A stretch of DNA of 44,843 bases from Octopus bimaculoides (GCF_001194135.2 NC_068989.1:65937324-65982166); one strand, 5' to 3'. Numbered from the stretch's first letter, positions 24,444 through 37,097 are shown. The notes: generated from the sequence alone by a model not told the origin. Numbers and translations are program-made.

Positions 24444-24780
24444 AGTCGCATCGACAATAACAGCAGCAGAAACAACGAAAATAATGACGACGAAGTGAGG
24501 GTGGAGTCTCCACAGGCAAGCATATAATGGTAAAAATATTAATAACACCTCTCTTGTATCACGGAGTCCTTTTCAAAAATTCGGCACTTATAATTAGGTC
24601 TAGAAGTAAAAGCGATTTGAAGGAATTCTAAAAAAAAAAAAAAAAAATACAGAGAATAAGATGCAATTTTCACAGGCAAATGCATCTTGTATCGAGACAC
24701 GCACCAACAATTTTAACTAAAATTCGAGCGCAGAAAATAGACACAACTCATTTCCTTGTGTTGCCAGTAATTAGGAAATC

Positions 24781-25007
24781 TTAATCCTTTAGTGTTCAGA
24801 TTACTCCTTGAAACGCTTTGCTTATTTATTCAGTTTTGAATTAATCATGCATTACTTTATAGCTTCAAATTTTCGATGGTGTGATTGTTTATTTTTAGAA
24901 TGATATTTGTATGATAGTTATGAGAGACTAAATGTGCTCAGTTTTGAGCATAAAACTAGTAGACTATTTGGGTCTGGATATGGTCTCTTTAAATGCTAAA
25001 GGGTTAC
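24781..25007. mobile_element. ~220-bp MITE with piggyBac-like ends
   Basis: TTAA|TCCTTTAGTGTT ... AATGCTAAAGGG|TTAC; imperfect TIR and TTAA-like flanks. Confidence 0.6.
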
Positions 25008-25100
25008 ATACGACCTGTGTATATGGTTAAAGGGTTAAATATGAGCCAGCTAACTGAAAAAAGATGGCTTGACGTAAATATGTAACCAGAACAAACCTAC

Positions 25101-25142
<42 letters not shown>

Positions 25143-25153
25143 TATAAGCAGAC

Positions 25154-25210
25154 AGGACTTATTCTTTGTAAGCCTAAGTTACGGAGACGTAAACGCACCA
25201 ACATCGGTCG
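25154..25210 (-). mobile_element. SINE family B 3' fragment with internal deletion
   Basis: Reverse complement ACCGATGTTGGTGCGTTTACGTCTCCGTAACTTAG|GCTTACAAAGAATAAGTCCT matches 35255-35345 minus ~36 bp. Confidence 0.75.
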
Positions 25211-25394
25211 TATCTGAGCGTGAAAGAGGAATAATGTAACTTGCAACTACTTCATAAAGGATGCAAGGAATATTCAATAATCCTGAAATACTTTTGAAGG
25301 AATCCCAGGCCATTCATAGGGCAGTGTACGTCTTAAACTACATTATCTACTATAGAGCTCAAATTTAAATATGCAAATGTGTAATTTTAGTAAA

Positions 25395-25445
25395 ATTTAG
25401 CTGTTATTTCTTCAAGGTCAAGTGACAACGTCAAGACTCTTAATG
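25395..25445 (-). mobile_element. short family C fragment
   Basis: Reverse complement GAGTCTTGACGTTGTCACTTGACCTTGAAGAAATAACAGCTAAATTT resembles 11911-11955. Confidence 0.45.
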
Positions 25446-25602
25446 ACTTATTTAGCTCCAGGTCAACATTAACTATGTAGAACTATGGTCAATGACAGGT
25501 GTGCTTTAAGGATATTACGATATTTATTACCGAACAGTCAACAAGAATTAGTCGAATGAGAATAAAAAAGTAGCAAAAATATTTCTTATAAATGTGATTT
25601 AC

Positions 25603-25816
25603 TTGACCGTTTTGATACCATTCCGTCTTAGACTGCCTCTGGTTCTATGTTACAAACTTCCTGTTTTAAAGTGATCTGAATTAAAACCTTCGATTAAAAT
25701 TTCATATTAATTTGTTCCAAACATCAGTTTAATACTAACAAATGTATTTTGCTGGATTCTTCATTATTTTCAAAATTAATTGAAACAGTGTGAGAAATTT
25801 GGTAACAAAGGATTAA
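25603..25816. mobile_element. ~210-bp MITE with degenerate piggyBac-like ends
   Basis: TTGA|CCGTTTTGATACCA ... TGGTAACAAAGGA|TTAA. Confidence 0.45.
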
Positions 25817-28399
25817 ATAATGACCGATATAGTCGTAATTAGTTCTTTGGTCAGTATCCTCTGTAGAAATGCAACTGCTATTTAATAAATTGTGTAGCAT
25901 CTTTAAATATAGTTATTGCAGCTGGACGTAAAGATTGAATATTTTAATGAAAAATACAGTTTTAAAGTAAAATATCTTCAACAAAATTTGTTATAATCTT
26001 CACTGTTTAATACTGAAAATGAAATAGTGAAAGACAGCAGCAGTGAAGTCCCTGGATTTTCATTGGTCAGCTCTGGCTTTCAAAATTGTGGAAGGGGCGA
26101 GAGCCTGGCAAACTGAGTTTATATGCTACACGCCGGTCATAACCTTGCACGGTACACATTCACGGGTATTCCTTGTGGCAATGACTCTTAGCTGAGTCTT
26201 AGTAGTATGATAGTAACTGTGGATATGTGTCGCTCTTATTAGACTTCCTCCGTGAATCACAGTCTAGCCGTTGCTGCAGACCATAGATAACTCTAGATGT
26301 ATACATATCTTTCATTTTTGCTTTCTTCCTTTTGTAAATAATCCTGAAACGGCCTTAAAATCTAAACAAATGAGAGGAGAAACTTATTCTGGAGCGCCTG
26401 CCGGATGAAAACTAACTCGAAATATGGGTAGTACCTTATCCGATGTAATATGACAAAAAACTTATCTAATCTATTCGGATGTAATATTTATTAATTTAAT
26501 TATTTTGCTGTAATACAATTAGTTTGCTAGCAGATATATTACAATTACGTTTTCGGGCAGTACGACTGCCAGACAATTTTCCTATTCATTCTATTTAGTA
26601 ACAACAGACTTCTAGCTGAAGGGGTGAGGTAACACTGAAATGTATTTCGAGTTGCTACTAGGCTACTAAAGATATAATTCACGTCATGCTAGGATTCATA
26701 TTTAATAATTTTGGTTCATTAAAATTTTAGGAATATATCTACATAAACTTTCTGACCCAAATTAAATATTTTCAAAATAATCGTTTTCGTCATAAGATGT
26801 GCATTAGTTATTCATAAATATTTCATTCATTATTACATTAAGTATGCTAACACAGCTTTTTCTGGAAAGAGACCATGCATTCGGATCTGGGTATTGTTCG
26901 CCAAACTTTCTCAACATAATTATGGATTCTTAAGAGTAAATATCTTTATATTTACAAATTCGTAATACATATATACATAATATGTATATATGTATTATAT
27001 ATANNNNNNNNNNNNNNNNNNNNNNNNNNNNNNNNNNNNNNNNNNNNNNNNNNNNNNNNNNNNNNNNNNNNNNNNNNNNNNNNNNNNNNNNNNNNNNNNN
27101 NNNNNNNNNNNNNNNNNNNNNNNNNNNNNNNNNNNNNNNNNNNNNNNNNNNNNNNNNNNNNNNNNNNNNNNNNNNNNNNNNNNNNNNNNNNNNNNNNNNN
27201 NNNNNNNNNNNNNNNNNNNNNNNNNNNNNNNNNNNNNNNNNNNNNNNNNNNNNNNNNNNNNNNNNNNNNNNNNNNNNNNNNNNNNNNNNNNNNNNNNNNN
27301 NNNNNNNNNNNNNNNNNNNNNNNNNNNNNNNNNNNNNNNNNNNNNNNNNNNNNNNNNNNNNNNNNNNNNNNNNNNNNNNNNNNNNNNNNNNNNNNNNNNN
27401 NNNNNNNNNNNNNNNNNNNNNNNNNNNNNNNNNNNNNNNNNNNNNNNNNNNNNNNNNNNNNNNNNNNNNNNNNNNNNNNNNNNNNNNNNNNNNNNNNNNN
27501 NNNNNNNNNNNNNNNNNNNNNNNNNNNNNNNNNNNNNNNNNNNNNNNNNNNNNNNNNNNNNNNNTATATATATATATATATATATATGTAGTCATACTTA
27601 CACAAACAGACACACTGAAACACACACATACACACAAACATATACATGTACATAATATACACACGTATATACATAAAAGAGGAGAAAGAAAGAAAGCGAG
27701 AAAGGAAGAAAATTATGTGGGTAGCGAGTATAAGAAACTCAAATGTAAATAGTGTTTGAGTATCACAAACAACGTTCAAAGTCGTAATATTTAAAGTTTT
27801 TCATTAAGTAACAATCGATTTCCGATATGATTTTTCAGTTAAGCAGAGAAAGCTAGATGCAGTGTTGGAAAACAGAAAGCTGCAAAATATGACATTAGTC
27901 GATCACAACTTAAATTTACCGATAGCAACAATGGCCGACACGTAACAAATGCAGCGGTATTCCAGCCACCTTGTTGTTACCACAAAGATTGTTTCGGCTA
28001 GAATTTCCGTCAAAAGGATTTCTAGTACATTGATTTTGGATCTCAGCATAAATAGTTTCCGATCACTGATTATGTGTCTCGAATTGATTTCTCCCAAGTG
28101 ACACACTTACAAAACAAAATTCATTTGATAACGAACAAAATGCTAAAACCAGATAATCTACACTAATATGTTAGGAAAAAAAAAATCAAATGAATATATA
28201 TTACTACAGCAACAGCGCAATGGAAGCAGATCAGAAGGGAATTATGTTTAGAAAAAAAGGAAGAGAAAAAGGAACAAGTGTAACAGAAAAAAGAAGCCAA
28301 CACATACTAACGCTAATGAACAAATTAATTTAATCATATACTATAAAAGAAATACGTAGTTCAGGAATGTCATCATTAGCATTAATTGAACAAAAAATA

Positions 28400-28941
28400 A
28401 ATATAAATTATGAAAGAAGTCGACAGCAATCGTTGACCCCACCATTCCCGCATGACAATTACTGGTGCTATAAAATTGGTGATGGGAGTTGTTTGAGATG
28501 CACAGGCGCCTTTCTCTTTCTTCGATCTGTATAGAGAAAGGAGTGTATTTAATAATAATAAAAGAGAAAAATATTACAGTTCATTGACATCAAAGAGAAT
28601 TGAGTTGAGACAAAAAAACATTGGTAAGCACATAATTATGTAGTAATGTCGAGGGAAAATAAGTGAGTGTTGTTTTGTTTTCTATTATTCATTATTTTTA
28701 CACTTATTCAAAATTTAAAATGATTGATTTCCTGATGAAGAAGGAAACCGTAACCATTAAATTTGTGTATGAACGAAAAGTTGTGCCATAAGTAAATTAT
28801 ATATCCAGACATCTTACCTCACAAGATAGTGAACACTTGAAAGAAAGTAGCAAATAACAGTTTGACTCAGATCTACATAACTTACGGTTTCGTGAGCGCG
28901 CGGGACATGTCTATATCATCAGATGTTCAAACGGCGAACGT
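28400..28941 (-). other. cluster of canonical splice sites on the minus strand; possible 5' exons of an unidentified transcript
   Basis: CAG|28941-28886|GTAAGT containing ATG TCC CGC GCG CTC ACG AAA CC; AAG|28835-28818|GTAAGA; further pyrimidine-rich CAG acceptors at ~28732 and 28527. Confidence 0.25.
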
Positions 28942-29059
28942 CTGATCAGAAGTATGTTTTATGTATAGAAGTACGTGGAGCTTATGTAACTTCTTAAGTA
29001 CGTGTATAAAGTAACAGTAACTAACTATATCAGTATGAATAAATTAATGATGAGATGTG

Positions 29060-29230
29060 TATGCGGCAGGTCAGTATAGTAGAAGTAACAGCCAACCTTC
29101 CCTAAAGGACATTGGATTCTCTTAAAACACGGTTTGATATATCAGATTAAAATAAGCAGTTGGAAAAGATACGATAAAACATGACATAAATGCCTTCAAT
29201 CTTACATCTTGCTTTGAGCCAAACAACTGG
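29060..29230 (+). mobile_element. degenerate family C copy
   Basis: AGAAGTAACAGCCAACCTTCCCTAAA...GACATTGGAT...AAATGCCTT...AAACAAC. Confidence 0.4.
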
Positions 29231-29594
29231 AAGGAATGTCATATTTGATATTTAATGTAGAGAGGTGATGCTAAAACAGAAACGCATCTCACGGTGGCCA
29301 CGATGATAAATGGTGGCTACAGAATGAATATTATCACAATAGATTAAAATAAAAAGAAATCGTGCATTCGCGAATTTCTGAAATGATTTAATCATAAGTG
29401 ACAGGAAACTACTTGAACACTTGCTGCAAGAAATATTTAAATATTGAACAATAATCAATACAATAGAAACCTAAAATTTTCAGCATGGTTCATTGAACTT
29501 TAAAAATATTATCTGTGCTTTTAATTTCTCTCGAGACTTACTTTAACTTGTCTTTCTCCTCGACCCCTTATCCAAAAACTTAAATAGTTAGCGT

Positions 29595-29841
29595 AATATT
29601 CTACCTGGTGTGATGTGGTGGGCTGGTAGAATCGTAAGCACGTCAGAAAAATGCTTAGCAGCAGTTTATCCGTCTTCAGGTTCTGAGTCCAAATTAATTA
29701 AACCGAGTCCAACTTTGCCTTTCATCCATTCGGGGTGGATAAAATAAGTACTAGTCGAACACCGGGGCCGATATAGTTTACTTATACATGCCTCGAACTT
29801 GCAGGCCTTGTGCCAAAATATAAAACCAATATTCCACCTGG
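29595..29841 (+). mobile_element. SINE family A variant with 14-bp target-site duplication
   Basis: GGCTGGTAGAATCGTAAGCAC...AACTTTGCCTTTCATCCATTCGGGGTGGATAAAATAAGTAC...GCCTTGTGCCAAA; TSD AATATTC(T/C)ACCTGG at 29595-29608 and 29828-29841. Confidence 0.85.
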
Positions 29842-32063
29842 ATTAAGTCGGTTATAAAATGCTCCGGCCTACATGTTTTTGGCTGTGTGAAATAAATTTC
29901 TATGAGAATTGCAGACCATGGATCCGGCCGTTAGATCAACTGAAATTCATGTTCTTTCAAATACATTTTAATTGGCTAGGTATTCCACATCAAGGTGTCC
30001 TTAATGTGATCTTCAGCGAAAATCAGTGCAATACTGGACATTTAAACTACAGGTGCAAACTATCCGACTGTTTCTCCACAGTTTCTGTCAACCCAGTTTC
30101 ACTCTAGAAGCTTATCTTCACTCATGATTTACAGAAAAAGGCCATTGCCCCAGATGTTGCGCAAAAAGAGACGTTCTTAATTCAGCCATGCCACATTTCT
30201 GAGATCATGTAACTTAGCAAGAAATTAAAATAGTTACCGTTGGTATCTAAACACTGATTTAGGAATGGAAGAAACTGCTCAGAAACAAGATTAAATGTCT
30301 TATATAAATTAGATCTCTTAAACTATGCACCACAAATTACGATTAGCTGGATAGTTTACCCGATGAACAAAATGCTACGCGGAACTTCTTCCTGATCATC
30401 GTTATATGAATTTAAATCAAGATGAAGTCAATTTGCCTTACTTCATTTCCAGGTTGCTGAAGTAAAATACCACTCAAGTATCTATTGTAAAACAGCTGGC
30501 TTTCCCAGGTTCCCAATAGATTAATCTGGCAATAGCGTAGAAGAAAAGAGACAAACTGGATGAAAGAGACAAGGCAGATTCCTCGAATTACTTGCCTGTC
30601 TTTGAACTCATACAAACATACATATGTGTATTATGTGTTTACACACACACAAGTATATATATGTATGTATATATATATGTATATATATATATATNNNNNN
30701 NNNNNNNNNNNNNNNNNNNNNNNNNNNNNNNNNNNNNNNNNNNNNNNNNNNNNNNNNNNNNNNNNNNNNNNNNNNNNNNNNNNNNNNNNNNNNNNNNNNN
30801 NNNNNNNNNNNNNNNNNNNNNNNNNNNNNNNNNNNNNNNNNNNNNNNNNNNNNNNNNNNNNNNNNNNNNNNNNNNNNNNNNNNNNNNNNNNNNNNNNNAT
30901 ATACATGCAGGAAGTAAATAGATACCTTTAATTTTCAAAATATTTTATTTAATATATATATATATCAGATACGCACATACGGATATGAGTGTTCTGTGTG
31001 TGTGTGTATTGCAAATAGTGTGTTCTACCCGTTTTTGTTTATGTCTATATATGTTATGTATCTTTTGCCGCTGGAGACAAAGTAAGCCGTCTTCGCCTCA
31101 TGCCTATGCCAATGTCTAGATTTGTTGCAAACTTATGCTCACGTCATCTCATTCGCCAGTATATTTTATACACTTATCACGCATACAACATATGAGACAT
31201 TATTTTGCAATGCTTCCTTCTTTTTCGGCTGATTTAATTGCAATTTCTACCTGGTGGATTGCCTATATAGAAACTTCAACGTTTCTAGATAGATTCGGTC
31301 TCAAAATGAGAACGATAAATCAAAGTTGGTACTTGTCGTTTCGCATGAGAGGTGAAATACTAGTAGATTTAACGTTGTACTCCATCACTTTGATATCAAT
31401 GAAATAAGTATCAGGTGTACACCACAATAAAACGAATCGGAGAAAGTTTTGTTATGAGAGATCATCAAAATTATTATTTACTACAATTACATGTTCAGAG
31501 GAAGAGAAATTTTCTTCTCGTTTCGAAATGAATTAAAATTAAGAAAAAAAATGAATACTATGTTCAATGTCCCTGGCTAATTTCATATATGAATAGCTGC
31601 TAATACGTAAGTAATTGAGATTAAAACAATTTAAATTAAAAATTAAAATGTAAATGAGTTTGATTACCTAGTTATTGGAAATCTATGTAGTATTTACATA
31701 ACAAAGTAGAATAAAATGTAAATTGAAATAGTATAGTGATAGCACTTTCTATCCTCCGGAAATGATGTAGCTTCATGAAAATAACAGTGACCTGAAGACA
31801 TTAATATTGATGTACGTATTCTTTACGCAGAATTTAATAAAGTTTATCGGTAAATTTCCCTTGAAATCAATATTCATATTGTAATTTTATTCGCTCAAAG
31901 GTCAATGTATTACATTAAAATATAAAAGAAAAAAATGAACAAATAAAGCAATGCTTTAGTTTCACTATTCATATGGTTATATTTCCATATCATTGGAAAT
32001 TTTACCATTCATATCACAGGAGATTACTCCAGTCATTTCTAAATTTTTCTGCCAGAAGAATCA

Positions 32064-32832
32064 ATGATGGCTTTCAGACTATTCGCCAATTTAAAATTAG
32101 TTCAGTGTGGTATCGAATCGTCGTCTCTCTACGCAAACGCTTTTATGGGCCTAGGTAATCGGTATTACAAACTCATGGTCGATATTTCTTAAACTCACAG
32201 CTACAATTCTGTGACGGTGATTCAAGTAAACAACGAAAAGTGTCCATAAATTTTAGCGGCATTCCAGCTGATAGCTAAAGGATTTCATTTCGTTTGTTAG
32301 GCTCCATATTCTCTCAGCTAATGAGAAATGTAAAAATGTAACGTACGAAATGTATTTTAAGGGAAATGGATCAAGTGAAATTTTAATCTACTTTATGCAC
32401 GTCAACTTTGGTGGGAGATTACAGAATTCTACAGGACTCGACCAGGTCAACTCTAATGTGCTTTAAAATAGCGTAATGGCATTGAAGAAATTTTCCCAAG
32501 ATATGCATGGATGGTGTAAGAAATGGTGATTGATTTGCATATGAAATATTTGAACACACTTCTTTCAAAGTTCCCCCAATCCAGCAAGGGTACAATCATT
32601 GTTAACTTTAAGATAATTAGTTGAGAACGGCTACATAAAACTCTCTTTATGTACCTGCCGGACATCAAATTTCGGGTCCAGAAAAGTTGTGTAGCTGTAA
32701 GGAAATATCAACCATGAGTTTGTAATACCGATTCTGAAATTACCTAGGCCCATAAAAGCCTAAAGAGTAGAGAGACGATGATTCGGTACCATACCGAACT
32801 AATTCTAAATTGGTGAATCGTCCGAACGTCAT
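32064..32832. mobile_element. foldback/MITE-like element with ~145-bp inverted arms around a ~480-bp spacer
   Basis: 32064-32205 is the reverse complement of 32688-32832 (shared CGTCTCTCTAC, GCTTTTATGGGCCTAGGTAAT, CGGTATTACAAACTCATGG, GATATTTC, ACAGCTACA) with small indels. Confidence 0.75.
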
Positions 32833-33559
32833 CTTTGCGAGCTAACCAAATGCTTCATCTGCAACATGGGCATAATTACTGCCAAACATCGATTGTTTCA
32901 ATGACACTAGGATTCGAAACACACGCATGAAATCAAAACCATTGAAGCACGCGCATCAAAACAAAAACAAAGAAACATCTCAGAAACGGCAGTATATAAA
33001 CGAAGAGGCCACAGTTACCATTCAGTCTAGATAGATAACCAACACATAAAAGAATGCATTTGCTCAGAAAATCATAAGCCAGCAATTAACAATCACCTTG
33101 AATTAAATGGAGGGCGATAAAAGCTATGGATGCCGAGCATCGAAATAGTTGATCCAATTACCCTTCGTACACATATGTCTCATTCAGTCTCTGATAGCCG
33201 AGGTATACAAAACTCGTCATTGTGTTCTACTTCACCAATTACATGATACTGAAAATATCCCTCGCAAGTATTCGATATACGAGATGAACTAAACAGGTAA
33301 TATATATCTCTCGGATAGTAATGCTCCTGCAAAGAAAAAAAAATGCTTTAATTGGAAATATGAAAACCAATTAAATATGTCCAAGGTAACATTTTAAATG
33401 TTTATTACTGAAATATTTCTTTTGCTAGTTCATCTGCTTTATTATCGCCTACAACAACTCACTAATTCTCAACTTATTCTACGATGTTTCAAGCAGGCTA
33501 CATTGCTATTCTCTATTCTCTTTCAGTTCTCTCCATCGCTCTGTCACTCTATATGCATT

Positions 33560-33688
33560 TATACATATATACATTTATATATACATACAAACACATTTAA
33601 ATATATACATGTGTGTATGTGTGTGTTTGAGTGTATGTGTATATTTGCGTGTGGTGTAATTGTCGCTAGTTGAACGTATATGATCACA

Positions 33689-33732
<44 letters not shown>

Positions 33733-33780
33733 TGTGTGTGTGTGTGTGTGTATACATACGTATGTATGTATAGGCACGCA
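33560..33780. repeat. degenerate (TA)/(CA)/(GT) compound microsatellite
   Basis: Directly visible. Confidence 0.8.
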
Positions 33781-34238
33781 CACATGACACTCTTTTCTTA
33801 TATGGAGCTGAGGTACACATGTAAAAAAAAAACGAGCAATTTGAATATGAACAAGAAGATAACGATGCCAATGCAGCGTATATGAAAATGTTGTTGACTA
33901 AAAAGTGGGTCAGTTGTTATAAACGCCATTTGATTGAAATTAACACTATTATAAAATTAATTGAAGAAATAAAGCAAGAAAACGCTGCGAAGGTATAAAA
34001 ATCCATATTCTAACCCTACTCATTTCGCAAATATTTTGGCGCAAATGCAATAATCAACAAAACGTGGAAATTTTAAACATATCTTAATACAAATAAATTT
34101 GAGGTTACATATATACAATTAAGTCTTCTGCAAATATCAAACGGTCAACATAATCTACAGATTATTCGTATTAGATGTAGAGAAATTTTGTTTTCCTACA
34201 TCGTTAATAACGCCTTAAACGTACCGTGTAAATGAAGA

Positions 34239-34240
<2 letters not shown>

Positions 34241-34300
<60 letters not shown>
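34241..34300. repeat. (GATA)n microsatellite
   Basis: Directly visible. Confidence 0.9.
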
Positions 34301-34301
<1 letters not shown>

Positions 34302-35018
34302 TTACTAATGTCACATAATTTATGATAATGCGCTTATCAGCTACAGAATAACATCAGGAGAAAAGTTCCTTTAACACGCTGAGGGATAAAAACGCACTGA
34401 ATACCCCAAACCACACACACACACACATATACACACATACACATATACACATATATATATACTTATATACAACTACATGCACTCTCAGGTGGGAACTACA
34501 CAATGAACTTTGATGCTACCAGACAGGGAAGCATCGTTGATAGCTTCGAGTTTGATTGATTCATAAAGTCACTCGCAGGCACGCTGCTAGCTCTGGTATT
34601 CGTATATTCTGTATCTTCTACTGCCATTACAACAGCCTTTGCATTTTGGGTTCGCTGGTCTCTACCTCCACTCAACTACCCTCGTCTTGCTCAGTTTCCA
34701 TCGTCTCATAACAAATATATACAACCACCTACATATTTCACATACGACTTTGCCGCAGTTTTAGCAAAACTTTTACGGTATCAAATATGTCACGTGTTTC
34801 CCAAGGCATTCAAAGTCTACAGGCACTGTTAGTTATTTTCAAAGAAACTATATATATAATTATATATATATATATACATACATACATACATACATACATA
34901 CACAAAAATGCAGTTGACGATATAATAGCATGTCCATGTGTTTATTTTGATTTATTTAGTTCCATGAGGGATACATGAGACAAAAAAAAACAGGATGAGG
35001 TATATAATATACTCATTA

Positions 35019-35355
35019 GGCGCGGGAGTGGCTGTGTGGTAAGTAGCTTGCTTACCAACCCCATGGTTCTGGGTTCAGTCCCACTGCGTGGCATCTTGGG
35101 CAGGTGTCTTCTACTATAGCCTCGGGCCGACCAAAGCCTTGTGAGTGGATTTGGTAGACGGAAACTGAACGAAGCCCGTCGTATATATGTGTATGTGCAT
35201 GTGTGTGTATATGTTTGTGTGTCTGTGTTTGCCCCCCCCACATCGCTTGACAACCGATGCTGGTGTGTTTACGTCCCCGTAAACTAGCGGTTCGGCAAAA
35301 GAGAACGATAGAATAAGTACTAGGCTTCCAAAGAATAAGTCCTGGGGTCGTTTTG
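35019..35355 (+). mobile_element. well-preserved tRNA-derived SINE (family B), 3' end lost in gap 35356-36054
   Basis: A-box TGGCTGTGTGG (35029-39), B-box GGTTCAGTCCC (35072-82), CTTGGGCAGGTG motif, internal (TA/TG) linker, 3' AAGAATAAGTCCTGGGGTCG. Confidence 0.9.
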
Positions 35356-36054
35356 NNNNNNNNNNNNNNNNNNNNNNNNNNNNNNNNNNNNNNNNNNNNN
35401 NNNNNNNNNNNNNNNNNNNNNNNNNNNNNNNNNNNNNNNNNNNNNNNNNNNNNNNNNNNNNNNNNNNNNNNNNNNNNNNNNNNNNNNNNNNNNNNNNNNN
35501 NNNNNNNNNNNNNNNNNNNNNNNNNNNNNNNNNNNNNNNNNNNNNNNNNNNNNNNNNNNNNNNNNNNNNNNNNNNNNNNNNNNNNNNNNNNNNNNNNNNN
35601 NNNNNNNNNNNNNNNNNNNNNNNNNNNNNNNNNNNNNNNNNNNNNNNNNNNNNNNNNNNNNNNNNNNNNNNNNNNNNNNNNNNNNNNNNNNNNNNNNNNN
35701 NNNNNNNNNNNNNNNNNNNNNNNNNNNNNNNNNNNNNNNNNNNNNNNNNNNNNNNNNNNNNNNNNNNNNNNNNNNNNNNNNNNNNNNNNNNNNNNNNNNN
35801 NNNNNNNNNNNNNNNNNNNNNNNNNNNNNNNNNNNNNNNNNNNNNNNNNNNNNNNNNNNNNNNNNNNNNNNNNNNNNNNNNNNNNNNNNNNNNNNNNNNN
35901 NNNNNNNNNNNNNNNNNNNNNNNNNNNNNNNNNNNNNNNNNNNNNNNNNNNNNNNNNNNNNNNNNNNNNNNNNNNNNNNNNNNNNNNNNNNNNNNNNNNN
36001 NNNNNNNNNNNNNNNNNNNNNNNNNNNNNNNNNNNNNNNNNNNNNNNNNNNNNN

Positions 36055-36164
36055 AAGAAGAAGAAGAAGAAGAAGAAGAAGAAGAAGAAGAAGAAGAAGA
36101 AGAAGAAGAAGAAGAAGAAGAAGAAGAAAAAGAAGAAGAAGAAGAAGAAGAAGAAGAAGAAGAA
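36055..36164. repeat. (AAG)n microsatellite
   Basis: Directly visible; source of poly-K/poly-L ORFs. Confidence 0.95.
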
Positions 36165-36360
36165 TTAACACTGTGTCTGGCTTCCTGTTCTCTATCTCAT
36201 GGTCGCACTGAATCATAAAATCCCATTGGTTATTTGCATTATCATTTTCGATAGTTTTAATTGAGAAAGGAAGCAAACGATGCTGGATTATAGATATAGC
36301 ATGCCCAGCTGTCAAAAAGGTATGCGATAAGGAAGAAAGGAAAGTCGATGGATATGACAG
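36163..36360. mobile_element. R4/Dong-type LINE RLE-domain fragment with internal inversion
   Basis: 36163-36258 minus: KTIENDNANNQWDFMIQCDHEIENRKPDTVLI; 36257-36360 plus: LIEKGSKRCWIIDIACPAVKKVCDKEERKVDGYD. The two pieces are contiguous in the intact-order copy at 37316-37717. Confidence 0.85.
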
Positions 36361-36952
36361 GGCGAAGAAAGTGGCGGACAATACAATGACAAATATAAAG
36401 GGTGGGCCTTACATATAATGAAGTGATAAAAAAGTAATAATAATCATAATTGTAGAAATAATAATAATAATGAAAAAAGGCATCAGAGGAGCGATGCATA
36501 ACCTACGCGCGGATAATTTTTTTTTGCAAATTATAGTGTGGATTACAATGTGTTACTTACCCATACTTTTTAATTGAGCTGAATTATTATTATCATTTTC
36601 TTTTGTTTTTGAAGTATCTCCATTATAGGAATTTCTAATCCGGTGAAATTTAAAAAATCACCTCGTGAATAAACGAAATCCTTGAATCCATCATTGTACA
36701 CACAAACGCACGCGCACACCCACACATAGTCCCATATCTATGCATGTATGGATGTATGTATGCATGTATGTATATATGTACCCACACGTGTCTACGTGTA
36801 TAGGTACACCATGATCTATACACATGCAGACCATGGTCGTTCCATATGAAAAAGAAAGTGAAAATAATGTCACAAGTTGCATATCGGGAAATTTGTAAGT
36901 TCGATTTTCTGTTAATTGTTTATTTTATTTCTTTATATATTTTTTATTTGAT

Positions 36953-37097
36953 TATTTACATTATTTATATTTGACGGGTATTTGTCCTCATCTTGTTTGT
37001 TGTTAACACAACGTTTCGGCTGATATACCCTCCAGCCTTCATCGGGTGTCTTGGGGAAATTTCGAACCTGGATTCTCATTCTTAAGGTATTTTTCGA

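Noticed and set aside
28727-28755. CTGATGA...GAAAC as a third hammerhead
   Set aside because: Only 5 nt (AGAAG) between the core halves, so no stem II and no stem I partner
35019-35090. tRNA genes at the SINE heads (also 14473, 24314, 38601)
   Set aside because: A/B boxes are present but there is no complete cloverleaf, and each continues into a repeat body
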